DNA of 64,000 bases from Myxococcota bacterium (GTDB taxonomy: Bacteria; Myxococcota_A; UBA9042): assembly GCA_964201005.1 (NCBI GenBank), contig CAXNCS010000007.1, forward strand, positions 167 through 64,166. The letters run 5' to 3'. A program made the translations under genes and the position numbers. This document shows, piece after piece, positions 1 through 10,700 of this stretch. Position 1 is the stretch's first letter; the number at the start of each line of letters is the position of its first letter. The notes under the pieces were generated by a model. The model was not told the DNA's origin and ran no database searches. It worked only from the letters and a program-made list of their open reading frames with translations.

Positions 1-3000
1 GCGCCCAAGCGGGCCTTGTCAGGCTGGGTACGGGGCCAGGGCTCAGGCTTTGGCGCCAGCATCTGCAGTGTGGTGCGGCGCCAGTCGAGGTTGTCTGCGC
101 TGCGCAGCAGTAGGACCTCGCGCGGCGTGGCCTCGCTCGTCGTGGTCCGGACGATCTGCAATCCATTGCGCGGACTGCGCAATTCTGAAATCTTCGGCGC
201 GGCCGCTGCAAAGAGAGCCTCTGCAACAGCGGACTCCTGCGGACTGGGGATGGAGCAGTCTGTCGAATTCGGCACAGCGACGACCCAGTCGGCTGTCAGC
301 TTGGCTTTGGCGGCCTCTTCGACGGTGGCCATGGTCGGAGGTGCTGTGGCAGCTAGGTGGCCCAAGTCCACAGAGGACGAGGTGAAAAACATATGGCGGT
401 ACAATGGTCTGCTTGCATCCGACAGATCTTGCACGGCGATGTTGCGGAACCCGCCGCCGCTCCCGCCCTGGGTGAACAGGACTACCGACCCGCTGGCAGG
501 CCCTACGCTGCTGCGCCAACTCACGCGCAGTTTTGGGCTGGCGCCGCAACGGACCCACAGGTCATCGCCAAGGATCACTGCCGTCAAATCAGGTGCCTCT
601 GCAACCGCCGGGCTGACCAGCTCGCCTAAGAGCACAGGTGGTTGACCTGGCGAGACCAAGACGGCCCGCAGCGTTCCGCTCGCTGGCTCCACCATGCACA
701 GCAGCCCTGCGTCACCAGCGGCATTACCGCGAAGCACCACACCCATCCCATGCCCAGGTGAGGTCAACGGCGCACTGTTGAGATCGACGGAGAGGCGAAA
801 ATCTGTCCAGTTGCAGACCGGAGCTGCCCCTAGGCCGTGCCAGAAGAGCCCAGCTCCGCTGGCCCAATCGGTACCAGTGACAGTCGACGGCATCGCCGCA
901 GGCGTCATCCAGCCACTTTTGTCGATCAGCTTCCACTCGGTTGGTTTCGTGCTCCCGACGCCGCAAGGCTGCCAGCCCGTCGGCAGTGTGGAGCCGGGCA
1001 AATCAGGGCCCTCGCGCAACAACAGCGGTACCAGCTCGGCAGCCAGGCCGGCAATCGGTGGAAGCACAGGCCCCGACCAACGGATTCGGTCGCCCGTGCC
1101 CAGCGCGTTGACGTCGATGGCCAAGCCAGTTGCAGCCTGCCACTTCTCGAGGATCGCTTTCACGTCTGCAGAGGTTGCCAACGATTGGCTTGTTAGCCAG
1201 TCGGCCACGGCTGGCAGCGCGTCACCGTCCGCGTCGAGCATTGGCGCGCCTGAGGTATCGCGGACGCGGATGGCCAAGTCGCGGCGCTGTGCGGTGAAGA
1301 ACGCGCGGACTGCACCGGTATTGAAGTCAAAGCCGACGTCGACGCTGCGCCACACCCTCGCCGGCTCGCTACCCACCGGCGCGGCGGGCAGGCACCGCAA
1401 GATGTATGGATGCAGCGAATTCAAAGGACTGCGCAGGGCTGGCACAGCCGCGGGACCGCCGAACACCGAGACTTGCCCGCCACTGTCATCGCGCAAAACC
1501 TGCTCAGGGTCCATGGCGCCGTCAATGACCGGCACGGCCAGGTCGGCCAAGCCCGGGCCTCCCTGGGTGCGAAAGTACACGACTTGGTCGAGGGTTTTGG
1601 TACCGCCGGGCTGGAGGCCGGCGCGCGTAGTCTGTGCGACTTCGACGCTGACCACCAGTCGCAGCTGACTGTCTGCCGGCAGCACGTGGCCAGGAGCCTG
1701 GAGCAGCAGGCTCTTTTGGGCCAGATTGGCTTTGGCGCCGTCGACCGCCGACTTGGTCGCAACCGTCTTTTGCGAGGTCATTTCCGTGGAGAGGACCAGC
1801 TTTGAGACGGTCACGGCTTTGGACCCGACCAAGATCAGGTGGTCCAGGTCCTTTCCCGCCAAGACCAAGGGGCCTTGCCCCGGTGCCCAGACCTGACCCG
1901 TAGCGAGTACGCCCCCCGAGAAGACTGCAGCGTAGGCCGTGCTCTCGCCGGTGAGCTGCAGTTCTACTTGGGTGAGTCCCTTCTGCTTGAATTCGAAGGA
2001 GACTGCGATAGCGGCGTCCTCAGCGGCGTTGGGGTCGCGCAGGGCCAGTGCGCCCCAAGGAGTGACAATGGGCTCGGAGCTTTCCTTGGCTTTCGCCGCT
2101 CCAAAACCGCCCACCTTCCACTGCAGGCACGCCGTCACCACCCCCGCCACCGCGACGTCGACAATACTCGCCTGAAGATCGGCAGCCCATTCAACCGCCG
2201 GACCTTGCGGGTCCGCCCACACACCGCTCTGCGTCACGGGGCCCTTGGGCAAGCTGGCAAAGCCAAACGTCCAGGTCTGGGGCACCTTGGCGACCAATAC
2301 AGTCGATGCGACAAGCTCCTTTCCCGCCGCCTGGCTCTGTTCACCAGAGGGAGAGAGCAGCGCCTCCAGCGGGTCGGTCGCCCACAACCTCAGGTGCTGC
2401 TGCGAGTTTGCCGCAACCGCATCGCCAGCGATCGGCACCCAAACGCCATAGAGTGCCGAAGCGGGGTCGGCCAGTCCCGTCGTCGCGGAACCCGCAGTTT
2501 CCGCCGCGACGGTTTGCCATTTCCCGGCAACCCAGCGCGAAAGGTTCAGACCTACCAAGCGATTGGTCACCTTGGCGTCGAGCTGGGCGTCCGCCAGCGC
2601 CGGATTGCCAATGCGATCCGCAGGCAGCTCAGCCAGTCCCACCAAGGCGACTTTCGCCGCATCCGCCACTGGCAGGGCGAAGCGCAGGTCTATCCGCGCG
2701 TCTAGTGGCAGCACTGGAGCGTCGCCGGGCGGCTCCGCCTTTAGGTTCGCTGTCGGCCAATTCTCCTCCGTCCATGGCGGCAGCATCCCTTTGTCGTCCG
2801 ATAGGTCCGGCAGCAGCGTTAGCGGCCAACTGGTCGCCACTAGCGCGTGACCCGCCGACACCGACACCAGCGGCGCAGCCACCCGGGGTCCTGGCAGTTT
2901 GGCATTCGGCGCCGGCGCCTTCTGCCCCGGCGGTGCCTTCCACTCCAACTTGATGGACTTGCTGAACTTTCCATAGACCGGCAGGCTGCCCGAAGCGCTG

Positions 3001-5369
3001 GCATCCGCGATGATGTGAAAAGGCCGCCATGCTGTCACGCTGACCTGCGCAGAGGCCGCCAAAGACAGAGTGTAGCCAAATGCGCTCGCCCACGCTTGGC
3101 CCGCTACCCCGGCCTGAGCTTGCAATTGCGGCGGCGACCAGCTGATATCGGCAATCGCTGAATACCAAAGCGAAACACCAAACGACAGCGGGCCAAACAC
3201 CGCAGAATTGCTGTAGCCTGCTTTGCCGCCCATCCGGGCATGCTTGGCGTCCAGGCGCAAGAAGGCATTGGCCTCAAAGAAGGAAACCAGCTTCGCCTTG
3301 ATGCGCGCCGACTCCGGATTCTCAAGGCCGACGTTGATGTACCAGTTGCCGGCGTCGTGAAAGTCGAAGAAGGCCTCTGCGCTGCCAGAGAGGTCGATCA
3401 ACTCGCCGCCGTCTGGGTAGCGCCACTTGGCGTCCAGGCCGAATTGCGCAGACCCTGCCAGAGCATCTAGGACGGCATAGCCGCGAAAGGCTGCGTTCTT
3501 GGCCAGTTCCTTGCGGTCGCGCATCAGGTTGGCGCGGCCGTCCAAGAAGATGACAGGCCCGGGCAGCGTCACCAACAGCATGAAGCTGCCGTTGAAGGCT
3601 TTGCCGCCCTTGTCCATGGTCCCGACGGTGACGCCAGCGCCAAAAGCCAGCTTGCCCGGATCCGGCTTCCATTTCGCCAATTCCGCAACGCCGACGGGAG
3701 CTTTCTGCAGCCAGCCGCTGCCGTCAACGGCGTACCAGTTCTCTTGCGGAGCTTTGTCTGGCGTGTAGTTGTAGGCGAACAGTCCGGTCATGCCGTACAG
3801 GGCCAGGCCAGTGCCGAACAGCTGTTTGCCCTTCTTGAGGTCCAGCTCGAGCTTGAGGGCCACGTACTTGAAGGACTTCTGGTCTTTGCACGCTTCGCCG
3901 AAGAGGACCTGGCCCGCGACCTTGGCGTCCAGCGCGTATAGGTCCACGTCTACCGCGCCGACGAAGCTGGTCAGCGTCTTGCCGCAATCGCTGTTGAACT
4001 GCTCGGTCATGGCCACTTCACCGGTGAACTTCATGACTTTGGGGATGGTCACTTCGACCTTGATGCCGTCAAAGGCCAGACCTTTGAACTGCCAGTCCTT
4101 GCTGAAGGTCAGGCGCAGGCCCTTTGCCGCGCCGCTGGCGGGCATGCTGTCAGAGAGCTTGACCGCGGCGTCTAGTGAGAGCTGGCGATCGCCGTTGGGC
4201 AGGCTGCCCAGGCCAATGCGACCAATTTCGACGGAGAAGGGGCCCAGGTTGGCGGAGAGGGGCTTTTTCAGAGGGAGCCAGCCGCCTTGGAGCTTGACGT
4301 CTCCAGAGGAGGTGATCACCAAGCCGGGAAGCGGGATGTTTTCGTAGGTTTCGCCCAGGAGGGTCAGCGAGAGCTTGGCGTTCAGGCGCAGGCACGGGCC
4401 ATCAGCGGGGGTCGAGACGAACTCCAGGGTGTCGATCGTTAGGGCGAGCCAGTAGGTGCCTTCCTTGGAGCCGACGATGTTGATCGGGGCGCTGCCGGGC
4501 TTGACGCTGATGTGCCAGCCGCCGGTCTGGGCGATGGCGATGTCGACCGCGAGGTCGCGGTCGAAGAAGGGCAGGCGGAGCAGGGCTTGGCCGTCGGCCG
4601 CGACGATGGAGTTTTTGACTAGGCCGATGGAGAGGGATTGGAGGCCTAGGGCGATTCCGGCGTAAGTTCCGGAGGCAGGGCCGGTGAACTTCTGGGCGAT
4701 AGGGTCCCAGGTGACTGGGGCGGAGGGCTTTAGGGAGATGGCGGCGGTGACGCCGTCGCCATCCAGGCGGAGTTTTTTGGCTAGGAGCAACAATGGGGCG
4801 CCGGTTTCGTCCTTGATTGGCAAGGTGACCATCGCGCCGATGACTTCTAGGCCTGGGCTTGAGCCATGGAGTGTCGGGATGCCGAGGTCGGGGATGATTT
4901 GGTCGGCTTGGATGATGAGGTCGGTCTGGCCGATGCGGCTTGGGAGGAGGCTTGCGCAGAAGCCCGGATCCAGCGAAAGACCTTTGGCCATGCTGAGCCG
5001 GGCTACAATTGTACCGGTGACAAGGAGTGACCCCTCTGCAGCCGAATCCACTGGGATAAGGCCAGGAATCGCTATTGGAATATTCGCGCCGACCTCAAAG
5101 CGAAGGGCTATATCCCCGACATCGTCGATCGTCCAGGCCAGGATGAAGTTTCCACTCACGGTGACGGACAGCGCAGGAGCAAAGGGCAGTCCGACCGCAA
5201 CTGGGCCAAGGAGGTCTGCGACGAGTCCTTCAAACTCCTGCCCGTTTTCGAATAGGCACACAGGGCGTCCAGTCAGAAATCGGAGCGGTGAGTCTGACGA
5301 CGCCGCCTGAAGGACGGCTGCGAGGTCTGCCGACAACAGTGCAACCGGCAGTTGGGCGATACGATACAT
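1..5369 (-). CDS. Giant (>1780 aa) beta-rich hypothetical protein, DUF6603-like N-terminal half; 3' end runs off the window
   Basis: ATG at 5369 with GGAGC RBS. Translates MYRIAQLPVALL...GGWLPLKKPLSANLGPF...FGAGVTVGT...LLVTLPGPVIFLDGRANL. All + strand shadow ORFs (16, 694, 1939, 2245, 2563, 3499, 3790, 4456, 4684) share one frame, consistent with one open minus-strand frame; absent from the ORF track presumably because no stop lies in the window. No signal peptide. Family call from recalled motifs. Confidence 0.85.
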   Translation of the reverse strand, partial: MYRIAQLPVALLSADLAAVLQAASSDSPLRFLTGRPVCLFENGQEFEGLVADLLGPVAVGLPFAPALSVTVSGNFILAWTIDDVGDIALRFEVGANIPIAIPGLIPVDSAAEGSLLVTGTIVARLSMAKGLSLDPGFCASLLPSRIGQTDLIIQADQIIPDLGIPTLHGSSPGLEVIGAMVTLPIKDETGAPLLLLAKKLRLDGDGVTAAISLKPSAPVTWDPIAQKFTGPASGTYAGIALGLQSLSIGLVKNSIVAADGQALLRLPFFDRDLAVDIAIAQTGGWHISVKPGSAPINIVGSKEGTYWLALTIDTLEFVSTPADGPCLRLNAKLSLTLLGETYENIPLPGLVITSSGDVKLQGGWLPLKKPLSANLGPFSVEIGRIGLGSLPNGDRQLSLDAAVKLSDSMPASGAAKGLRLTFSKDWQFKGLAFDGIKVEVTIPKVMKFTGEVAMTEQFNSDCGKTLTSFVGAVDVDLYALDAKVAGQVLFGEACKDQKSFKYVALKLELDLKKGKQLFGTGLALYGMTGLFAYNYTPDKAPQENWYAVDGSGWLQKAPVGVAELAKWKPDPGKLAFGAGVTVGTMDKGGKAFNGSFMLLVTLPGPVIFLDGRANLMRDRKELAKNAAFRGYAVLDALAGSAQFGLDAKWRYPDGGELIDLSGSAEAFFDFHDAGNWYINVGLENPESARIKAKLVSFFEANAFLRLDAKHARMGGKAGYSNSAVFGPLSFGVSLWYSAIADISWSPPQLQAQAGVAGQAWASAFGYTLSLAASAQVSVTAWRPFHIIADASASGSLPVYGKFSKSIKLEWKAPPGQKAPAPNAKLPGPRVAAPLVSVSAGHALVATSWPLTLLPDLSDDKGMLPPWTEENWPTANLKAEPPGDAPVLPLDARIDLRFALPVADAAKVALVGLAELPADRIGNPALADAQLDAKVTNRLVGLNLSRWVAGKWQTVAAETAGSATTGLADPASALYGVWVPIAGDAVAANSQQHLRLWATDPLEALLSPSGEQSQAAGKELVASTVLVAKVPQTWTFGFASLPKGPVTQSGVWADPQGPAVEWAADLQASIVDVAVAGVVTACLQWKVGGFGAAKAKESSEPIVTPWGALALRDPNAAEDAAIAVSFEFKQKGLTQVELQLTGESTAYAAVFSGGVLATGQVWAPGQGPLVLAGKDLDHLILVGSKAVTVSKLVLSTEMTSQKTVATKSAVDGAKANLAQKSLLLQAPGHVLPADSQLRLVVSVEVAQTTRAGLQPGGTKTLDQVVYFRTQGGPGLADLAVPVIDGAMDPEQVLRDDSGGQVSVFGGPAAVPALRSPLNSLHPYILRCLPAAPVGSEPARVWRSVDVGFDFNTGAVRAFFTAQRRDLAIRVRDTSGAPMLDADGDALPAVADWLTSQSLATSADVKAILEKWQAATGLAIDVNALGTGDRIRWSGPVLPPIAGLAAELVPLLLREGPDLPGSTLPTGWQPCGVGSTKPTEWKLIDKSGWMTPAAMPSTVTGTDWASGAGLFWHGLGAAPVCNWTDFRLSVDLNSAPLTSPGHGMGVVLRGNAAGDAGLLCMVEPASGTLRAVLVSPGQPPVLLGELVSPAVAEAPDLTAVILGDDLWVRCGASPKLRVSWRSSVGPASGSVVLFTQGGSGGGFRNIAVQDLSDASRPLYRHMFFTSSSVDLGHLAATAPPTMATVEEAAKAKLTADWVVAVPNSTDCSIPSPQESAVAEALFAAAAPKISELRSPRNGLQIVRTTTSEATPREVLLLRSADNLDWRRTTLQMLAPKPEPWPRTQPDKARLG

Positions 5370-5413
5370 TGGTGCTCCAAGTCGGGGATATTTAGGATCG
5401 CGTGTGCGTGCCT

Positions 5414-7013
5414 TCAGTTCGGAAAATCATTCACGGAGCCCGGCACAGTTCGGGAGATATTGGATGATCCACCGCCGCTCATTCCGTCGGAGCAATCAGT
5501 CTCATCCATGTATCCGCGAACAACCCCCCTTTTTGTCCACATCACAAAGTGGCCTACGCGTTGACCTATTCCGTAGGCAGCCCTTAGCCAGTTTTCCGTG
5601 AAAACAAAATTGCTCGGTCCAGAGCTGATGTAGATTTCTTCAATCATGTCCACGAGTAATGCACCTAAATTGTTTGTCACCTGAGCTGCTTGTGCTGCGG
5701 ATCCATTGGTGCTGGAAACTTGATTCTCGACCAGTGTGCTTGAAACCGTCGCAGCAATCGCCTTCAAATTGGCCGGGGTGAACCGTGATTGGACCGTGCC
5801 AGATGTGCAGGGCGGAGCAAATAGCAGGGATACCTGGGTTTCAGTTAAACCCTCGATGAGTCTGTTGGCGGCGCCACAGCCCAGGACAAAGAGCCAGAAT
5901 AGCCTATCCGCAGCAAGTCTCTGCCTTTCCGCAAGGCGAGTGTATGATGCCGCCGTCAGTGAGCTATACTCGAGAACAAAATTCTTGAGAGACAATTGAA
6001 CGGACATTCCAGGGCCCTTCGCTGCAGCCGCCATGAATGTCAGTGCATCCAAATATCCATTCTCCCAAGAGGTTCTCCTGTGCCATGCAATGTGACACAA
6101 CTCGTGGCCAAATGTGGCAAATCCCCACGCGTGCATCATGTGCTTAATTCTATTTGGTTCCGGCCGATCCTCCCAGAGATTTGCCTCGAACACACTCACA
6201 GTCACCGGTGGAACGCCTTTCGGGTCTGAACTCCAGTTTACCATTGTAGCGTCTCCCCACGACCATGGAAACCAAATTAGGTAGCACACCTGCGACATAA
6301 TTGGAGAGTCGCTGCTCGAGATGATTCTCACGTGAGACTGTGAAGCAACTCTGGTTCCGGTGCCTAAAACGAGGAAGCGCGCGGAGGCGAACTGTGCCAC
6401 CCCCCCCTTGCCCATGCACAGCACAGTCCAGAAGAAGTGCTCCGCGTGCAGAAGAAGACAGTAGCGCCACCAGTTTTGCGATCTTGAGGAAGTACCCATA
6501 GCCTATCGCGCTGGTGACTGGAGGAGGGACAAAGGCACCATTGGCGGGGAGAGAAGGATGCTGGAGCGCGTACCCACCTCTTGACGGAATGCGGCCATTG
6601 CCAGCAAACGCAGCAATACTCGCCGCTACAGCGCTCAAGAAGCCTTTGCGATCGTCAGCATGTTTTATGGCCAGCTTCTTGCAAATGTCGCCGTCCCAAA
6701 AATTGTCAACTTCAATCGGGGCATTGCCAGCAGCATAGCTTTGCAAATGGGGATGCATTTTTGTGAACCATTCGGGCCAAGGAACTGTCTGCACGCAGAT
6801 ATCGAGAGCGCCAAATGGATAGCACAGGCAAACAACAAGCTCATCGCCAACACCAAGCATGCTACCAGGAAGGATGAACCAACTTCGGGCACTATGTGCA
6901 AGATTCCAAGCAGCATTGAAAGCCTGCGGTGCCTGCGAAAGGCTTGCCACTTCCTGAACAGACAAAGGTGAGTTGCTCGCATTGAACACAGGATAACCAA
7001 ACGGAGTGTTCAT
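5414..7013 (-). pseudogene. HExxH (HELCH) zinc-metalloprotease-like protein split by a frameshift at a G8 tract (about 532 aa if G7)
   Basis: ATG at 7013 overlaps the upstream TGA (TGATG). The ORFs 6150-7013 and 5414-6499 overlap around the C8 run at 6400-6407; removing one G fuses them (HGQGG-VAQFASAR). FGHELCHIAW lies in the 3' part. Lower GC than the flanks. Confidence 0.6.
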
Positions 7014-7771
7014 CACTTGCTCCCGTGATCGGGTCCAGATGGCGCGCACCACGCAGTGTGTGCCACATACTTTCCTGGATGACTTTGGACTAGCTGGGCC
7101 CAGATGTCGACAGTGCACTCGGCGTACTCGGACCAATAGACTCTTTGCGCAGCGAGTGCCTCGAGGCACTTGACCGTCAAACTGCGCTTGGCCATGGACA
7201 GTCTTCTCGGAAAACTCACAATCCTAAGCACTTTGAACTCAGGTCGAGCGAGGCCTTTTGCGATCGTTAACTGCCACACTACGCGCATTGAAACCGCCCG
7301 TTCTCCCACACAGGTCTCTGTAGCAAACTCTAAAACGTACGGCAGATGCCGAATACACACCGTGCAGTCAGGCGAACTGATGTGAGAATAGCCCCCACTA
7401 AGCCGGTATTGGTCGCGAATAGGCTTTGGTATCGCACTATCCGGCCAATCATAGGCGCACCATGAAGGTCTTTCTGGGATTCGGCGCCTCCGTCTCGCCT
7501 TAGTATTATCGTCATCTGGATGAATCCACTGCGGGTGGTACCACGGCCAACCGTCAAACCACTGCCCTCGAGGCGAGGCGAACTGCGCGTCCGGACATGT
7601 TCTGCCTTCGGCATATCCGCTGGCGCTTGCTTCGCAACTTGCCATGAACCCAAGCCAGAACACAACAGTCCCAAGGCTGAGTGCTTCCGCGAACCTCATC
7701 CCGTCCGAATGCCTGGCTGAGGGCGCGACTACTCCGGCGCAACCTGAGTCCAACAAAGACCAAAAATTCAT
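7013..7771 (-). CDS. Hypothetical protein, possible lipoprotein
   Basis: TAATG overlap with the upstream gene and TGATG overlap with the downstream gene. Hydrophobic stretch ending FMASC (lipobox-like) after an internal Met. Confidence 0.55.
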   Translation of the reverse strand: MNFWSLLDSGCAGVVAPSARHSDGMRFAEALSLGTVVFWLGFMASCEASASGYAEGRTCPDAQFASPRGQWFDGWPWYHPQWIHPDDDNTKARRRRRIPERPSWCAYDWPDSAIPKPIRDQYRLSGGYSHISSPDCTVCIRHLPYVLEFATETCVGERAVSMRVVWQLTIAKGLARPEFKVLRIVSFPRRLSMAKRSLTVKCLEALAAQRVYWSEYAECTVDIWAQLVQSHPGKYVAHTAWCAPSGPDHGSK

Positions 7772-10700
7772 TACAAAATCCCAACGCCCGTGATGGTTTG
7801 GCTTGCCGATCGGCTATCACCATCGCCCAGCACCGTCAGGGACACATCAACTATGCACGAGGGCAGTTCAGGGCTCGTCCACACTCCCCCAAATGTCCCG
7901 ATTGCGACGGTTTCCGATTCGCCCTGCTTACCATGAACTAACAGTCGAATTTCTAGAGGTAACTTCTCGCCGCCGCTCCATTCGACGGTGACGCACTTCA
8001 GTCCTTCGCTCGGCAACTCCCCAACCCCATCCGCCTCAATCGCCTTCAGAAGCGCCTTCCGAGTCTCTGGACTACCCGGGTAAACCCTCAGAATCACAGG
8101 AGCCACCGGCCGCTCCTCCACCACCACCTTCACCAAACAACCCGCCGGCGTAGCCACGCCAGCATTCCCAGCCGCGTCCCAGGTCTCCACCCGATACAGC
8201 CACCGCCCGGCCACCAGCCCATCGAGCGTATCGACATACGCCCGCAAGCCAGCATCCGCCTTATACCCCGCCTCAGAATCCGGCCCGATCCTATCGGGAC
8301 ACACGGCCTCCGGCACCGGAGCAGCCATTACCGGCACAAACGCCTTGACTCCCGCCGGAGAGTTCGCCAGCTTGATCACCTCGTCAACCCCCAACTTCTC
8401 ATACCAGCCCGCCTCCGCGGCGCCAAACCCCGCATACTTCCCCTTGAATTCCGCCGAAGCCGCGCCGTCCCAATCCGCCCGAAAAACCGCAAGGGCACTA
8501 GCCCGCAGCACCCTGACCGCGACAGGCCCGGCCTTCCAGCGCACCGTATGGAAGCTGCGGCCATCGACGTCGGGCTTGCTCGCGAGAACCTCTTTGGGCC
8601 CCGCGACCAGCTCCGCCGTCGCCGGCAGCGACCGCCGCACCCGCGAACCGCGCAGCGGCCCAGCCGCCAACCCCTCATTGCCGCCGTGGTTGCTGAGCGG
8701 CCCCGACTTGAGCCAGTCGAGCGAGTGGGGCTTGTTGTCCGCCGCAGTCACCGCCACTTCAAACCATGCCATGCCCGTGCCGGCAGCCGGCTCAGGCACC
8801 AAATCCCCAAGAGGCAACAGTAGTTCATAACTCTGCACGGCCTGGCCCAAGTACCAGCGGGCTTGGCCGGACTTCTTCTTCGGCTCGGCATCGGTACGCA
8901 CGATCCGCGTCACAGGGTCGACGCTGGTCAGCGCAAAGCTCTGTGCGCCAGCGATATCCAACTCGTGGTTGGCATTAGCGTGGACGACCACCAGACGCCA
9001 AAGCCCCGGATACACCGCGTCCAAGGGTTGCGTGCCGGCCAGTTTGTAGCCGTCGAGCAGTGTTTGCTCAATGCCCCCCATAAACGACTCGCCATCGCCG
9101 TCGCGAAAAACCTCAAACTGCAGCTCGCACGTCTTGGCCATCACCACCGCCAAGCGCTTCCAGTCCGACTGGGTGACATCACTGGGCGGCCGCCAGGCAG
9201 GGCTCTGTGGGGCAAGGACCAATGTGCAGTTATCGCCCGCAACTACCGCGCCCTTGCCATGGTTGGACGGCAAGGTGACCTGAAACAGCAGGCCCGCAGT
9301 GCCACTCTCGCAAGCCGTAATCGTGGCCGCCGTCTGGTTCAAGCGCAATGCCGACCCGACCAGTGCCGCTGCCGAGGTATTGGCCGGCAGTGCCAAGGTC
9401 GTGGCCACCAGCAAGCTGCTGTCGCTGGCCTGCGACCCCGCCAACCCCTTGACAAACCCATGAAAGGTGTTGCCGATGCCGGCGCGACCGTACACGCGGA
9501 ACTCTGCGAGATCCGGGGCTTCGCGCTGGGCCGTCCACGGCCACACCCAGCGCACGCGGGCGCTGAAGCCAGCGGCGGCAACCTTCATCTGGTTGTCGGC
9601 AAACCATTGACTTTGTTGCACCATAGGATCGAGCGGATCGATAGCGTCGACCTCCAGCCCGGAAGGCGCAGGCGGCGGCGACTTGTCAAGGACTCTCATG
9701 GCGCTGGGATGCAACTGCGTTTCGGCAAAGCCGAGCTCTATGCCCGGAAGCTGTGAAAACCAGCCGGAAGGGATCTTGGCCTTGGGCAACCAGGACCAGG
9801 CCGACCAGACCGCTGGTGTGCTGCCCTGGCTGACCCGGCCGAACCAGTCCATAGCGCGAACACTCCAGGCGAACCAGCCCTCGGGCAGCTGTCCATCAAC
9901 GTACTGCATGGCCAGCGGCGGCCAATCGGCGGGCTGGCCGGTGCCTTGGCCGACGGGCTGTTTGGTGCTGGGCGCCAAGTGCCAGCTGTTGCCGCTGTAG
10001 AGTGGCTTCCAATTGACGGACGACCACTTGGGCTTGAAATCCTTTGGTGCGCACAGCAAATCAGCCAAAGGCACTGCAGCAAAACTGCCGCGCTGGACGC
10101 GAAATAGGTGCGGCGCTGGGGCCGGATCGCCTACCACGTCTTGGAGGTGCGCCGCGTTCCACACCAATCCGGCGGCGGCAAAGGCTTGAATGAGCTGGTC
10201 GGGCTTGGAGGGGACCGGCAGACTGGTCAAGGGTAGTTTGTACACCTGGACGGAATGCGGCGGTGGCAAGGCGGCACTGAAACTGGCTTGGACGCCGCTG
10301 GCGATGCGGAATAGCACGCTGGGCTGATTGGTCTTGTCGCTATTGGCCCACATGATGGCCATGCCAATGCTAGGCCCGAAGGCGTTGTCAAAGTCTGCGA
10401 CGACCATGTAATCGTAGCACTGGCCCGATTGTGCTGAGGAGTCAATAGCATATAGTCCGAGAAACTGCGCATAGTGCGGATAAACCGCGCCCAGCAGCAC
10501 GAGAGACAGCAGCGGCTGCTCGGCCAGCTGCGGCGAGTCGGGCTTGGCGGATTCGGCAGGCTGGGCCTCCAGCATCCTATCGGCCATCGGTGTCGAGGTC
10601 GGTCCCCCTTTCACCAGCTCCTGCAGGGTCGTGTACAGGTTGCTAAACCCGCCCGGCAGGTCCTCTTTCCCCGGCGCGCTGACACGCGCCTTGCCGTACT

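Noticed and set aside
16-5310. Many + strand ORFs (16-645, 694-1668, 1839-2705, 3790-4347, 4684-5310)
   Set aside because: Antisense shadows of the single giant minus-strand gene; Ser/Pro/Arg-rich with no RBS or motifs.
10598-10610. GGTCCCCC here and weak look-alikes at ~33375, ~36740, ~47351, ~61867 as extra motif copies
   Set aside because: Only partial core matches with indels; not counted.
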